NCBI GenBank assembly: GCA_023898585.1
Contig: CP060229.1
Location: 247,707 to 311,706 of the forward strand
DNA: 64,000 nt
Reading direction: 5' to 3'
From: Candidatus Nomurabacteria bacterium
GTDB taxonomy: Bacteria > Patescibacteriota > Minisyncoccia > Phycocordibacterales > UBA918
Shown here: positions 63,907 through 64,000 of the stretch, in pieces
Numbering within the stretch: position 1 is the first letter of the stretch
How the letters are laid out: every line of letters starts with the position of its first letter
Notes under the pieces: model-generated
Database searches by the model: none
What the model was told of the DNA's origin: nothing
What the model saw: only the letters and a program-made list of their open reading frames with translations
Made by a program: the position numbers and the translations under genes

Positions 63907-64000
63907 AACGTTAAAAGATTAAAAGATTGTCAGCCACTTGTGACGCAGGGAAACCTGCGTCTTTTTTTAACAATCATGATTGTACTACCCTAACTGTAAA

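Overview
This 64 kb window looks like a bacterial chromosomal segment from a small-genome organism with a low-GC background. A Patescibacteria/CPR-like origin is an inference from gene content and cannot be confirmed without a search. Features: the housekeeping core is rpsL-rpsG (ending in a terminator, with no fusA), rpmB, recJ, rnhA, pgk-tpiA, nusA, ppa, rdgB, tig-clpP, rny, hup, cca, xthA and a sigma/anti-sigma pair. A five-gene type IV pilus block (pilB, pilC, three pseudopilin-like genes) sits near a ComEC that is split into two genes. Two insertion sequences are present with intact ends: an IS3-family element inserted at the rpmB stop codon, and an IS1595-family element. I found four tRNA genes by hand: Gly-UCC, Pro-UGG, Gly-GCC and Arg-UCG. 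Findings: the most unusual signals are in the accessory part of the window. (1) A four-member paralogous family of proteins with an N-terminal helix-turn-helix and a LAGLIDADG-like motif; three of the four genes sit immediately 5' of tRNA genes on the same strand, and one overlaps its tRNA by 10 nt. (2) A conserved module downstream of tRNAs: a shared hairpin, then a conserved ~50-nt element, then partial or degenerate copies of the tRNA 3' end. (3) A ~175-nt element with a terminator/U-tract architecture, present in two copies upstream of a sodium:solute symporter gene and of a P-loop kinase/2H-phosphoesterase operon. It is a candidate undescribed riboswitch or leader. The IS1595 element is inserted inside one copy, with an 8-bp target-site duplication. 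(4) A GC-rich island, probably horizontally acquired, carrying a non-SPASM radical SAM enzyme, a TrmB-like regulator and a small P-loop kinase. (5) Palindromic repeat clusters, a tRNA-Gly-derived ~200-nt element, and a gene-less ~800-bp region. No CRISPR array or rRNA was seen. Coordinates were counted by hand and may be off by 1-2 nt.
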